Below, piece by piece: positions 43,206-55,878 of a stretch of 64,000 nucleotides of DNA (within the stretch, counting starts at the first letter, position 1; every line of letters starts with the position of its first letter). The stretch comes from Adineta vaga. Lineage: Eukaryota > Animalia > Rotifera. The notes under the pieces were generated by a model, which made no database searches, was not told the origin of the DNA, and worked only from the letters and a program-made list of their open reading frames with translations. The translations under genes were made by a program, and so were the position numbers. The stretch covers positions 8,804,001 through 8,868,000 of the forward strand of contig CP075494.1 in NCBI GenBank assembly GCA_021613535.1, in the 5' to 3' direction.

Positions 43206-43576
43206 ATGCAGTCGATCATATCATTCTGTCTCTTGTGTTTATTGATTCTTGAAGTAAATATAATTTAGTTTTCGAAATATTCATCATGGAAATCTTGTTT
43301 TTTTAGCTAACATTGAATGTAACACCCGCGATTATAGCAATTCGAAATGCTGATAATGAAGGAGATCGGATGGTTATTATTCGTCGTTTACATGCTCCAT
43401 TAATGGGTCGCTCAGTAAGAACAACATTAGAAGATGGTGGTGTTGGTCAATTTGATAGTAGTGGTAATTTTGATGAAAATGAGAAAATTACTCTTAGTAA
43501 AAGACGTTACAGTTTCGCAGTATTAGGTGGACGTAGTTGGTTACCTTCGAGAAAAAGAGGACCACTTTTTGGATAG
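43206..43576 (+). CDS. Neuropeptide precursor, 105 aa (intron 43254-43306)
   Basis: Signal peptide MQSIISFCLLCLLILELTLNVTPA. Basic cleavage sites and Gly amide donors: RR-LHAPLM-G-R, KRR-YSFAVLG-G-R and RKR-GPLF-G-stop. Confidence 0.8.
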
Positions 43577-43792
43577 AAGCAAACAATCATGGTTTAATAT
43601 CGAAATTTTTTCCTCTTGATATCATCATAAAAAATACAGAAACATTCCCTTTTACTTTAATAAAATGTATCGATGCGAATAAATTTCTTATAGTGAGTCA
43701 ATCAACTAGGTAGATTATTTGTTTTATTTATAAATGACTCGTGATACAACAAAAAAACTATGCATAAAATCTTTGTTTCTTTGTCATATTGG

Positions 43793-44779
43793 TCAGCGAC
43801 ATCGAACTAGATTGAAAAGTATACGGCGAATTGGTTGATCCGAATAAATAAGAAGAATGATGTCAGCCAGAAGGCTCGTTGCTGAAAGAATTTGAAAAAA
43901 TATTGTAATATTTGATCTGTACTGAAAATCTTGATTAAAAAAGACTTGTTGAATAAACAATGGTGCCCAACCAATAACAAATACACAAAATGTTAATAAC
44001 ATTATTTTACATATGCTGATATCTCGTTTACTAAATTGTTTATTATTTGTCATATTTTCACTAAAACTATGAATACGTTTTGTTGATTGCCGTATATAAC
44101 GAAAAATCGTAATATTACAAAGAGCAACTGTAATAATTGGTAGAAGAATTATTAATAGTAATGTATAGATTTTAAGAAATTGTCTTCCTTTATCACCTGA
44201 ACATGTGAAACTATCAAGGAATAGATAAGGTAGTGCAATCACTATTGCAATAATCCAACTCATACATATATTACTTAATATCCAATGACGTGATTTAAAC
44301 AATGGTTTTTGAGGATAACAGATTGAAAGTAAACGACATATTGATGATATACAATGTGAATACATTATATGACAAGTAATCATATTAAGGATGAATCCTT
44401 TTGATCGACATGTTACTAATGTTTCAGCAGTGTTATTTAGTCGGAAACCAATGAATATTAATTGATTGAGAGCAAAGAATGCACTTGCTAAACAGACATT
44501 TATAGTAAGCCAAGTGAATTTTGTTGTTCGAGGAGTTCTTGGACTTATAACGAGTGCTGTATAGATACTGGTGAAAATGATAATAAATGTAAAAACAGGA
44601 ATTTGTATAAAATTAGAAAATGAATTTTGAGAATTGTTTGCCATTAGATCAGTAAAATTTTTCATGAAAAAGTCATCTTGATTTTGAATAGTTGCATTAT
44701 TCTCTGGATTCTGTAACGGTGAATTGATGAATGGATCATTGTATGCGATTATTTCTGACTGACAGCAGTCTGTACTCAT
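43793..44779 (-). CDS. Intronless orphan rhodopsin-like GPCR, 328 aa
   Basis: Seven TM segments, TM3 Cys (TCRSKG), CRL in place of DRY, TM5 LP..LCN..IF, TM6 FVIGWAP and a degenerate TM7. Confidence 0.8.
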   Translation of the reverse strand: MSTDCCQSEIIAYNDPFINSPLQNPENNATIQNQDDFFMKNFTDLMANNSQNSFSNFIQIPVFTFIIIFTSIYTALVISPRTPRTTKFTWLTINVCLASAFFALNQLIFIGFRLNNTAETLVTCRSKGFILNMITCHIMYSHCISSICRLLSICYPQKPLFKSRHWILSNICMSWIIAIVIALPYLFLDSFTCSGDKGRQFLKIYTLLLIILLPIITVALCNITIFRYIRQSTKRIHSFSENMTNNKQFSKRDISICKIMLLTFCVFVIGWAPLFIQQVFFNQDFQYRSNITIFFQILSATSLLADIILLIYSDQPIRRILFNLVRCR

Positions 44780-46224
44780 TGATGATATTTTGAAAATAAA
44801 CTATTTATTTTCAATTAATCAGAATCTAGATAAAACAAAGAGGATATGAAAAGTCGTTTTCTGTCTAGGGCTTGACGTATTATATATATACCTGAAGTTT
44901 TCCATAATATTCATTTTTTTAAGATAAAAAAAGCTATTAATTTAAGAAGGTAAGCCTCATTAGACATGCATAATCGACGGACTAGTTTTTTTTGAGAGAA
45001 AAAAAATACATTTTGATACAAAGTACACTCATCAATAATTAGAGTATAAAACAATGTAGACATATCCGTCGCTGAAATACCATATGTCATCGTGGAATAA
45101 CAACACGCTATACAAACTTTAATTTTCTGAATAGATCTTTTAAGTCTTTGGTTCAAGATATATGTTAGTTACATATTTAATGATAAACGGAAATATCGCA
45201 TAAAGTTGCATAAAATAAATAGATTATTCTTTCAAATGCATCTTGGAAAGATCTACATATACTTTGATCAATCATACTCTTTCTTTTCCCTCACTTTGCT
45301 TCCTATAAGTAAATCTTCGATATAATAAATTATTGTTTCCATATCTAAGTCGCATTTACCATCGGATTCGTATGATTGTTTTCTTTTAATAAAAATCAGT
45401 TCGTCTAGAAACATGTCTTAATTTTAGTGAGAAATAAATGCTTTTTTTGTATTCTGACAAGAAAGTTTATCAAAAAATTGTGGAATGACAACATCTCATA
45501 TGTCTAAGGCGAGCACTTCAAAATATTACCTTTAAATGATGCAGTCTCAGTAATTTACATCCCACTTACTAATGTCTTTCTAATCTGAAAAATGATGTGT
45601 AAAGAAGTGCAGTATATTTATGAAAAAAAAAGTACATCACATGATTCTTTGTTTATTAATAGTGTAATGGAAAAATAATGATTCTTGCTATATATTATAT
45701 TATTGCATTAAACATACATTTACTGTTTAATGTGATTTAATGTGATTGAAAACAAGGCGTTTTTCAAAACTACAAAATATAGCTAATGTTATTTTTCAAG
45801 TGAAGTCAGAGAGTATTTACGGTATTTGGTGGTTATAAGTATATATTTTTGTGGATGTCTTTGAGACAGTTGAAGTTTCGTTGCTATTAGAATGACAGAT
45901 AGACCAGTAGTGTCAAACATGGAAGTTGAATTCAATTATTCAAGTGTAGCCCTTTCCCACACCAACATCGAAACTCGCACCTATTACATATGAATAGTTG
46001 AATTTAAGTTTCAATGTAGATATTTATAGTTTCTACGAACGTCTCTCATATTAATGAAATTTAATTTACCTTGGAATAACTGACAGACAAAATATATATG
46101 ATAGTATTCTTATCGCAACTTTGATTGCTTAGTCTATTTAGGATAAAACATCTTCGAAATAAATATATGATCTTCCAATATTCATTTGTATTTTCACAAC
46201 AAAATAAATAAGTTAAATAAATAT

Positions 46225-47763
46225 CTAGGCAAATGTTCCATAGGCAGCTTGATTGATACTACTATTCACATTTGAATTCGAATTGTCTGGATCAGAAATT
46301 TGATTTTGTTCTTTTTCGAGTCGTTTTCGTTCGTCCTCATCTCGTCTTCTATAACTAAAGCGAGTAAATACGACCATAATAATACAAGCAATCATACTAA
46401 TCAAAACGAGTAAATTCATCAATTTAGCTCGATTGGGTGCAATAAATAAAAAGATTAATGCAGCAACATTAACCCATTGGACTAGAATTGATGCTGATAA
46501 AGATTCAGGTAAAGGAAACATAATTTCAGCAAGAGCTTCATAGATTAATGGTGATGCCGCTCCATAGAAAAGGCCAGCTAAAGCAGTTGATAAACCAATA
46601 GTTATAGCAGTTGAAGGTAAAATAGGTTCATTATAAAAAAACGTATGCACAGATAGTTCAAACCAGATGATTGCTATTACACAAGCAACAAATGAAACAA
46701 CAATCAACATCTTTAATGAATATCGAAAACGACGTGTATCAGCAACATGACTTAAGAATAAACTACCACTGATTCCAGCAATAGATGAAGCAAAACCAAA
46801 CCAACCTGCGAAGAAAAACAATAAATAGTTGATTGGAATTGTTGAACGTTTTTCTTTCCTTCTCTCTTTGTCTTTACCTGCTTGTAATTCAGTATAATTT
46901 TCCGGTTCAAGAATAAGATCATACAAACTTGTCCAAGCACCAAATGTACCAGAACTAAGACCACCTGCAACTGAGAGTAACAGAAACGAAGGTGTTGTTA
47001 AACATTGCCAAATTTCTTTCATAAATGTTCTCCATGAATTAGACGTTTGTTCATTAGCTGGATGACGAATAAGTAATTCAGCAGCTGCTGATGGAGGACT
47101 TGGTGGTTGTGGAGGGAAATATAGAAGAGCAAGAACACAAGCAAGAAATGCAAGAGCCAAATGAACATAGAGAAGATAAGGAAGACGATCAGGTGAAGAA
47201 ACAATGAATGGACTGATGACAAAGCCTACAGTTGAACCAAAATTATTAGCAACTATAGCAAATGTTGTTGCACGTGTTCGCTCATGAGGTGCAAACCAAA
47301 GACAAGAAAGTTGTGATACGGGAGCCATAACTAATGGACCACAGGCAGCATTTAATATTTGTCCAATATGTAGAAATGGTAGAGCAATTGAACTGAAATG
47401 TGGACTTGATGGATTTGTTATAACACTAGGAATAACACGAACAAGTGCTGCTAGAAAATCAACAAGAGCAAGTATAATCACACAACGACGAAGTCCATGA
47501 TGTTTGTTTAATAATATATAAGTTAATGGTAAACATGGAATGAAAATAATTGGTCCCCAATTTAAAAGAAAATCGACAGTAGATTCTGTGATCTGATAAT
47601 ATGCTTTTGTAGCTCTTGCAACCGGTGAAAATGTTAACCAAATAAGACATTGGTTAAAGGCAAGAAATGAGAAAACAAATAAAACATAGAAACGATGAGG
47701 ATATAATACATATGCCGGTGTTGTTGATACGATAGGTACCACTTCAACTGTGTCAGATTTCAT
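46225..47763 (-). CDS. SLC49A4: MFS transporter, SLC49 family (DIRC2/SLC49A4-like); one 72-nt in-frame intron (46806-46877)
   Basis: YPHRFYVL, AFNQCLIWLTFSP, LLNWGPI, GQILNA, LWFAPHERTRAT, PPSPPS and EALAEIMFPLPE. Confidence 0.85.
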   Translation of the reverse strand: MKSDTVEVVPIVSTTPAYVLYPHRFYVLFVFSFLAFNQCLIWLTFSPVARATKAYYQITESTVDFLLNWGPIIFIPCLPLTYILLNKHHGLRRCVIILALVDFLAALVRVIPSVITNPSSPHFSSIALPFLHIGQILNAACGPLVMAPVSQLSCLWFAPHERTRATTFAIVANNFGSTVGFVISPFIVSSPDRLPYLLYVHLALAFLACVLALLYFPPQPPSPPSAAAELLIRHPANEQTSNSWRTFMKEIWQCLTTPSFLLLSVAGGLSSGTFGAWTSLYDLILEPENYTELQAGKDKERRKEKRSTIPINYLLFFFAGWFGFASSIAGISGSLFLSHVADTRRFRYSLKMLIVVSFVACVIAIIWFELSVHTFFYNEPILPSTAITIGLSTALAGLFYGAASPLIYEALAEIMFPLPESLSASILVQWVNVAALIFLFIAPNRAKLMNLLVLISMIACIIMVVFTRFSYRRRDEDERKRLEKEQNQISDPDNSNSNVNSSINQAAYGTFA

Positions 47764-47959
47764 CTGGCAAAATTGATAATAATCTTCGATGAAAAGAAAA
47801 AGAAGTTATGAACTCGGTATTAACGTTGCACTGCTTTTCACTATTCCGATGCTATAAAGATAAGAATAGGGTACAAGTGAAACAACACGATATCAAACTA
47901 TTTTCTTATCTTTATTTAGATGAAAATAAAAATGAATGTTATATAGAAAAACTAACGTC

Positions 47960-50739
47960 TTAAAGTATATTGATACCAGCTTGTTGAATACGCATTAATT
48001 CAGCATAGACACCATTCTTTTTAGCAATCAATTCATTATGAGTACCCATCTGAAAATTAAAAATGAATTAAATTGTCTCGAAAGTTTATTCTATTAAAAT
48101 TTTACTTCAACTAGTTTTCCATGTAACATAACACCAATGATATCTGCATTGCGTATTGTACTTAATCGATGTGCAATTATCAATGTTGTACGACCTATTA
48201 GATAGAATGTGTTTTATCTCAAGTTATTCAACAATAAACATCAACGAAAAAACCTTATAATTTAGTCTATTATTTATACGATGACAATAATAATAAACTT
48301 ATTGCTCTATGTATTACCTTTTGCTACATTGTTAATCGCTGATTGAACTTGTTTTTCAGATTCAGCATCAAGTGCACTAGAGTAATAATTTATCATTTCT
48401 TCAAAATTTCATTCAAGATTACCTTGTAGCTAAAATAAAATCAAAGTTAAACTTAAAACATAGGATTTTAGTTAACTTTTACCTTCATCAAGTATTAATA
48501 TCGATGGATTTTTAAGCAAGGCACGAGCACTACAATGATAGAAGAAAATATTTTACATGAAGTGGAATCAAAAACATTTGTTTGTTTACATAGCGATTCG
48601 TTGTCGTTGGCCACCTTCAATGAAAATTTGATAGTAAAAATACTGAAATCAATGAGAAATAACATACCGGAAACAGTGACACCACGCTCGCCAACAACTG
48701 TTTGATATCCATCAGGAAATAATTGAATAAAATCATGTGCCATTGCTGATTTAGCTGCTTCAATTACTTCTGTATCGGTTGCATTTGGCTTACCAAAACG
48801 AATATTTTCCATAATTGATGTTGAAAATAATGTTGGTTCCTAAATAGATTATTTTTCGAAGAATATTTACATCGTTCTACTTTATATTCCTATCCTACTT
48901 GATTGATCATTCCAACAACATTTGATCGAAGCCAAGTTGCATTTAATGTACGAATATCATTTCCATCTACTGTTATTTGACCATTTAATGGATCATAAAA
49001 ACGTACCAGTAATGAACACAATGTTGATTTACCTATACTAAAGCATCATATCAATGACTGAGCTTTCTTTATGGTTTTTTTTGTTCTATTCACCTGATCC
49101 AGATGGACCAACAATTGCAACAGTTTTACCACTTGGAATTGTAAAATTAAAATTTTCTAATATCATCTATGAATGAAATAATAGAATTAATCTTTGTCAA
49201 GATCAAATGAAGTATTGTACTTGTTGATCTCGTGTTGGATAAGCAAATGAAACGTTAGAAAATTGAACTTGTCCAAGAATTGAATGATAAGGTATACGGT
49301 TACCTTGTTGCAATGGAATAGAACTGTCTAATTTTTGATATTCATGTAATCGTGCACCAGCAGATATTCCTCGTATTGCTTGTCCAATTAAAACGGATAT
49401 TTGTGTTAATGATCGTTGAATAGTTTGTGTAGCAACAAGAAATGCCATTAAATCACCAGCTGATAAATGATTTTCAGAAACATATTGTCCACCCAAAGCA
49501 ATTGTACTTAAAACAATACCATTCATAACTAAATTATTCAAACCTTGAAATACACCAATACCAACACCTAAACGAATGTTAAGATCACGAGCTTTATTCA
49601 CTTCTGTTTGAAACATCCTATTAAATATATCAAATTCCAATAATAGTTGATACAAAATATGGAAATTTACTCATGTTCATTTGTTTCAGCACCAAAAGCT
49701 CGAGTCGTTCGAATATTGGATATAGCTTCGTATGCAATACCCGTTGATTTAGATAGTTGTACTTGTGCTTGCCGAGAGAGTTGTCGTAGTAAAGAACCGA
49801 ATAATGTCCCACCTGCAATGATAGTTGGAATAACAAGACCAGCTAGAGTAGCCAATGTTGGTGATATATAATAAAGTGATATAGCAGAACCTACAATCTA
49901 ATCAAAACACGAGAAAATTTATTGATGTAAAATTATTTTCTATTCAGTAATATTACTTGTGTAGATGCACGCATGCCTTGTGAAATAAGTAATTTAAAAC
50001 TTGATTTAAATTCTTGAACATCTGATGTCAATCTAAAAAATTGCTAGGATTATCAATTTGTATGAAAAATAAAACTAACCGATCCATAATTTCACCAGTT
50101 TTAGTTCGATCGAAAAATTCCATATCTAATTTAAGAACATTTTCAAAAAGATCACGACGAATAGCAGCAGCCATACGTTCACCAGCAATTGACAGAAGAG
50201 TAATATATTCAAATGTAGCTAATGATTGATAGATATATAATTCGATAAGTCTATAAGTTGGTTTTGATAGTATTTGTTTGAAATCAATGGATGAAGGTGA
50301 AGATGTGAGTAGAGTCGAAACAGCATTGATCAAATTTCCTAATTCTAATGGAATAGCGACATTTAGATAAGCAACAACAAGAGCAGTCTACAACAGATTG
50401 AATTAGTCTCTACTCTGAGATATAGAACAAGAATAAACATACCGCTGTGGCACAAGCTATGATCCATATCTGTGGTCGTAAATAATACCAGAAGAGGTTC
50501 CAATCAAACTTGTCTGAGAATACTTTTTTTTCTTTTATTTCATTTGCGATCGGTTGAATTTTAGAGACATCAAATGTCGGCATAGGTGGTGGTGCTGCTG
50601 CATGTACTCGATGATGTTTCCATGCGATCGCTATTGAACCCGTACCACTCGCTACACCAGCAAATAAACGAAGATAAGAAGCTCGTTTGAGCGTAGTAAC
50701 CATTACTGGCATACGTCCAAATAGCCGTGTAGCCAACAT
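47960..50739 (-). CDS. ABCB8: Mitochondrial ABC half-transporter, ABCB8-like
   Basis: Arg-rich transit peptide, [14 protein letters not shown], Walker A GPSGSGKST, signature [13 protein letters not shown], Walker B/D-loop ILDEATSALD and IAHRLSTI. Confidence 0.93.
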
Positions 50740-51630
50740 CTGAAAACTAAATTCAAAAGTCTACAGAAAAGATGAATAGTATGCAGATATCAATGAAGAT
50801 TTTAGCTGATGATTCATTCCATTTTGCATTTACTGTTTATTAATGATGTTTAAACCTATTAGTATATCTTTAACTAGTGAGTCGAATCTTTAGTTTTAAC
50901 ATAAGTTTTCATACTGGTTATACAAGCATATTATTTAAGACTGAATATCTGAAAAGACATTATACTAGTTGTGCAATAATGTTTTTATAAAAACAATTCA
51001 CTTTTATCATCAAAGTTCTTTCAATTTCAAGCCTGAGACTCAGAGTCCGAACGGTATACTAGCAAACATACATGAAAACATCATAAATATGATTGCTTCA
51101 TAAGAATGAGCCAATAAGAACACTATCAAAGTACATATGAATTTCTATTTTCATTGGATCAGATGTTCTTCCATTTTTTATTTATTCTCCATCAAGTTAA
51201 AAATACCTAAATATCTGAACAAATGAAATTTAACTCTTTACATAATCAAGTATTAAAATTGTTCTATACTAAACGTAATTATATCAATGAATTCGGTCTT
51301 TTTCATCGAAACCTTTTCACAATATATATATATATATATATTGCTTGTTACATAGCGGTTTGATATAAGAAGCAGGCTACTGATATGTCTGATTATTGTA
51401 TTTATTTAAAATCGTCGTTTAGATGAGAGATCGACGAAACGTACGAATAGATTTTTTTATACAAATAACTGTACGTGCAAGAACAAGAGAAAAACAAAAA
51501 ACTGATTATATTCTGTTACAAAAAAAAGAGAATGAAAGAGAGATAAGTACATAAATTGACATACAATAATGCTCCATAGATTCAATACAGACACATGAAT
51601 ATAAAAAAGAGACAATAGCCAATTTGCAGA

Positions 51631-53750
51631 TCAAGTTCGTAGTTCGCCAAATTGAGTGCAGCATAACTTACAGCGCCAATCACCTTCAGGTGCAGCTGTT
51701 AAAGGTGGCGTGCAGCAATACATGTGATAGCCACTAAGATTGAGAGAAAAAGTTTAAAAAACTATGATATATAAGAAAAGACCATACCGATCACAATCAT
51801 CACAGAATAAAAGCTCCGAATCATTTTCAGAATTGCCACATTCTGTACAGGTTTTACATTCCATACATTGCCATGGATATGTTTTTACTTGTCGAACCAT
51901 ATTAGGAGTAAATTTAAGACAAGTTGGATGTGCATAGCCACCACAATCCTGAAACGAGATTATATTCATTAAAATGTATCATAAAAATTAAGTATAGGCA
52001 AAATATGAAAGTACCTTGCAAGAAATCATTTGTTCTGGTAGTTTTGTTGCTTTATTTTCTTGTTCATTACCACCACAGAAATCACATTGAATACCTGTCC
52101 CAGTAGTGGCTGAAGGATCAGTCGCTGAAGTTGGTTGTTTTGGTGGTTGTTGAAACTGTTGTTGATATTGCTGTTGTTGTTGCTGTTGCATCATCATCAT
52201 ATGTTGCTGATGTACCATCTGATGCTGCTGTTGAGGATAAAAGGGAACACTATTAGATGGTGCTGAGCCAGATAGAGCAGCGACAGTCAGCGGCATTGAA
52301 GCTGATGGAGGCATTGAATGTTGACGAGATTGAGGCGGCATACCGTATTGTTGTTGTTGTTGTTGCTGATGATGAGGATAATTAGTTGGGTAAGGCGGTG
52401 TTGGCATACCAGGAGGACCTCCACCAGGATGCATTGGTCCGCTCATATTATTGTGAAGCACAGGACCGCCTGGCATAGACTGGTTCATATACATTGGATG
52501 CGGCTGTTGTTGAAGATCACCAGATGAATTCATATGTTTTTGTCTCATCATAGCTGATGCATTAGATGATGTGGGTGAAAGTGCTCCATTATTATCAACC
52601 GTTGATGGTGTTGATGATGATGATGGTCGATGATCTGTATTTACTTCTTTATGTTTAGCGAGATGATATTGTAAACCAGGTTTTGTTTTATACCGTGCTG
52701 GACAAAATTCACACACGAATGGTAATTCAGCAAGTGTATATTGTTGACGACGATGACCAGGATGAATAGGTGCATTGGTAGTCGCTGCACTAGTATTCCC
52801 CGTAAAACTTCCACTAGCTATATTAAAATACGAAAGAAAGAGAATTATATGATTGATTCAAAATATTTCATATACCATTACTCTTTCTTGAATTAGAGTG
52901 TGATAATCGTTTAGTAGAACTACCACGCTTTGAACGTGTAGTTCCTGAAGAGACAGGAGATGATGGACCACCAGGTGTTCCTGGACCGCTACCACCATAA
53001 TCATCGAAATCCATATCATCAAAATCATCATCACCATCAAGAATATAATTCTGAAGATGATGACTTTGTGGGACTACATTATGTTGTGGCCAATGTGGTT
53101 GTTGTGGTTGAACGAGACCAGTCATTGGTGGCACAGAAGATTGTGATGAATCATCACTTGAACCACCCGTAAATCGATTACCTCCCACAGCAGAATTTTC
53201 AACCGAAGAAATAACATGAACATCTGAATTTGACATTCCTATACAATACAAAAATAGAAACAAAGCAATTTTCTATTATTAACAATTAAATTCAATTTTT
53301 CATACCAAGTTCACCAGCTCGTACAAGTACACGGGGATCATCTTCTGCTGTTGAAGGTATCGCACCATTTATATTATCTATTTTTGCAGACAAATTATCT
53401 GATTGTTGTTCATTAGTACCATTCGTAGTTATTGTTGAATTACTTGATTGATGTTGAGTTGTAGTAGAAGGCGGATGTGGTCTCCTTTTATGCCATTCTT
53501 TTCGTGCATAATATGTTACTTGATCTTGACGAAAAGGCATTAAACGTTGTATAGGTTGTTTCCATAGATGATTTTGTGTTGGTGTTTGAATAATATGAGT
53601 TTGTGAATCAACAAATGGTAAACGTAAACGAATACGTCTTTCGCGTAAAAGACGTGCATTGAATTTATGTACATTTGATAATGAATCTGAATAAGCAACT
53701 TCTGAACCAAATGCACGTGAGACACGTGATGTTGGCAATATATCAATCAT
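51631..53750 (-). CDS. DPF2: DPF/d4/Requiem family BAF complex subunit (Requiem-N domain, C2H2 finger, double PHD)
   Basis: FNARLLRERRIRLRLPFVDSQT, CEFCPARYKTKPGLQYHLAKH, CDFCGG, HPTCLKFT, YPWQCMECKTC and LLFCDDCDRGYHMYC. Confidence 0.92.
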
Positions 53751-54055
53751 TCTCGACTAAATCGATAGTTAGTAAACGAGTTTTGTTTTGTTTATGTTCA
53801 TTTCATGCTCGCTCGTTCGTTCGTTCCATTCGATTACTATGATTGTCAATGTTCATTCACCAATCACATGTTAGATTTTCATCGTATGATAGATGGTGCT
53901 TTTGTAACTTGTTCTCTGTGTACTATTTGAGAATAACGTAAACGAATGAAAAGAAAGAGAGGTTTTTCAAATCCAGTCCATTGTTCACATCACCAGTTGT
54001 TTTTTCTTGTCTATCTTTCGAACGAACGACGGATATTTTCTTGTAGAATATAACA

Positions 54056-55878
54056 ATGGTTACCTACAGTATCAAAGATCTAATGGGTCTGTGCTCAGAT
54101 TATGCTCTTGATGCACAGATTCAAAAGATACTTTTCTCTTTGGATTTATGGGTGCCAAAAGCAGCTCGAGTATGTCATAGATTTCTTTGATCAAATTCAG
54201 ATAATTTCTTTTTGTTTCTATTAGGAAGTACATATTGATAATGTTGCCCAACAACGATATGCTGCAGCGACATATTCTGGTTTTAATCGCGCTCGGTTTG
54301 TCGTTTAGATCGAAAGGAAAATGTATTGCAATAGATCATTTTCGTTTTCATATAGATCACCATCAAGAAATGACACTATTACCAATAACAATATCAATAA
54401 TCGATTGCGTCGTACATTAGCTTCACGTTCAATGTCAGCAGAAGTTTTTCGTAGTTCCAGCGATACAGGAAGTAGTGGATCGTAAGCGAAAATTTACATG
54501 GAACAATTCTTTTTACATAATCATCTGTACCTCTTATTCACTCTAGTACTTTACGAGATGTGAATAAAGTTACAACAATATCAACAAATGTATCATTGGT
54601 GAAAAAATCAAGTAATGGTCAAAATCTCGATGATACTTCATCATCTGGACAATCTCAAATTAAATTAATGCCTATAATGGAAGGTGGTGAAAGCGAAGAT
54701 AAATCAACGGAACAAACCACAACAACAATCCGTATGAGTACAAATGTTCCATCAACAATCATTAATTGGACACCAATGGAGTAAAATCAACGTTTTCAAA
54801 TGTAAATATAAATTATTCTCCCTTTTTTTTCTCTTCATAATAGTATTGAACCATTGACATCAACAACAACAACAGGTCGTACACCTACTGATGCACTCTT
54901 TGAATTAAGTAAACGTGCAGATTCAGCTCTTAAAACAGCTCTCTGTGAAAACAGTGCGATGAAAACAAATAATAATAATAATGATCGTATTACACTACGT
55001 AAAAGTGTTAGTGTAATGAATCAAAAACAAAAAGTTGGCAGTGGTCGTTCATTAATTCGTGCTAAATCAGATATGGCAGGTTCTGATGCAAGGTAGACGA
55101 GATCTACGTTTTTTCATTTGGTCAGATATAAAAGAATTGATTTTCTTCTAGTCGCAATCGTGCGTTAACTCATATTGCTCGTGTTTCAGAACGTTATTTT
55201 AGTGACGAGTCAAAAACGATTGCTGAAATTGAAGAACTCGAACTTGAATACCTATTTAAGTATGTATTAAATTATCTAGACAAAAGATAATTTCTTTATT
55301 TAATTGTATGATCAGCGATAGAGGCAATCTTATGATCGACTTCGTTTTTGAGTTCAATTCGAAAATATCCTATATTTTATTTGTTTAGTTATATTCGTCA
55401 TTTAAAAACATTTCCTAAGTATACAGAAATGACTGAAGATGAAATTTTACAAGAAGTGGAAAGTGATCCACATACATTACGTCAACGAACAAAAGAAATT
55501 CTTAAAGGAAAAATGTCCGAATCGTATGCTGCTTATATTGCCAAATATCCGATAAAGTAAATCAATTGATATCATTTGCAAAATGAAGAATTTATGTTTG
55601 AAATAGAAAACAACGTCGACGTGAATGTCCAGCAACACCTAACAAATATCGCAAATGTTCTCGACGTTGTTTTGATGGACAATTGCGTACATGGCGTCGT
55701 AATTTACATCAATTCGACGAAGAGGGTAAACAAGATATGGTTGGTACAAATGATCTTAACGATTTAAATGAAAACGATGAAGTAACATCAACCAAGTAAA
55801 CATTTCGGATTAAAATTTCATTTAATAACTACTAATATTTCTTCTTCTCATTTTAGTCCAATCAAAGAACAAGCTTAA
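54056..55878 (+). CDS. SLBP: Histone mRNA stem-loop binding protein, multi-exon
   Basis: Spliced C-terminal RNA-binding domain ESDPHTLRQRTKEILKGKMSESYAAY...CPATPNKYRKCSRRCFDGQLRTWRRNLHQFD matches the SLBP consensus (RRQKQI..GK, TPNK, SRRxWD..W..LH). Confidence 0.88.
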
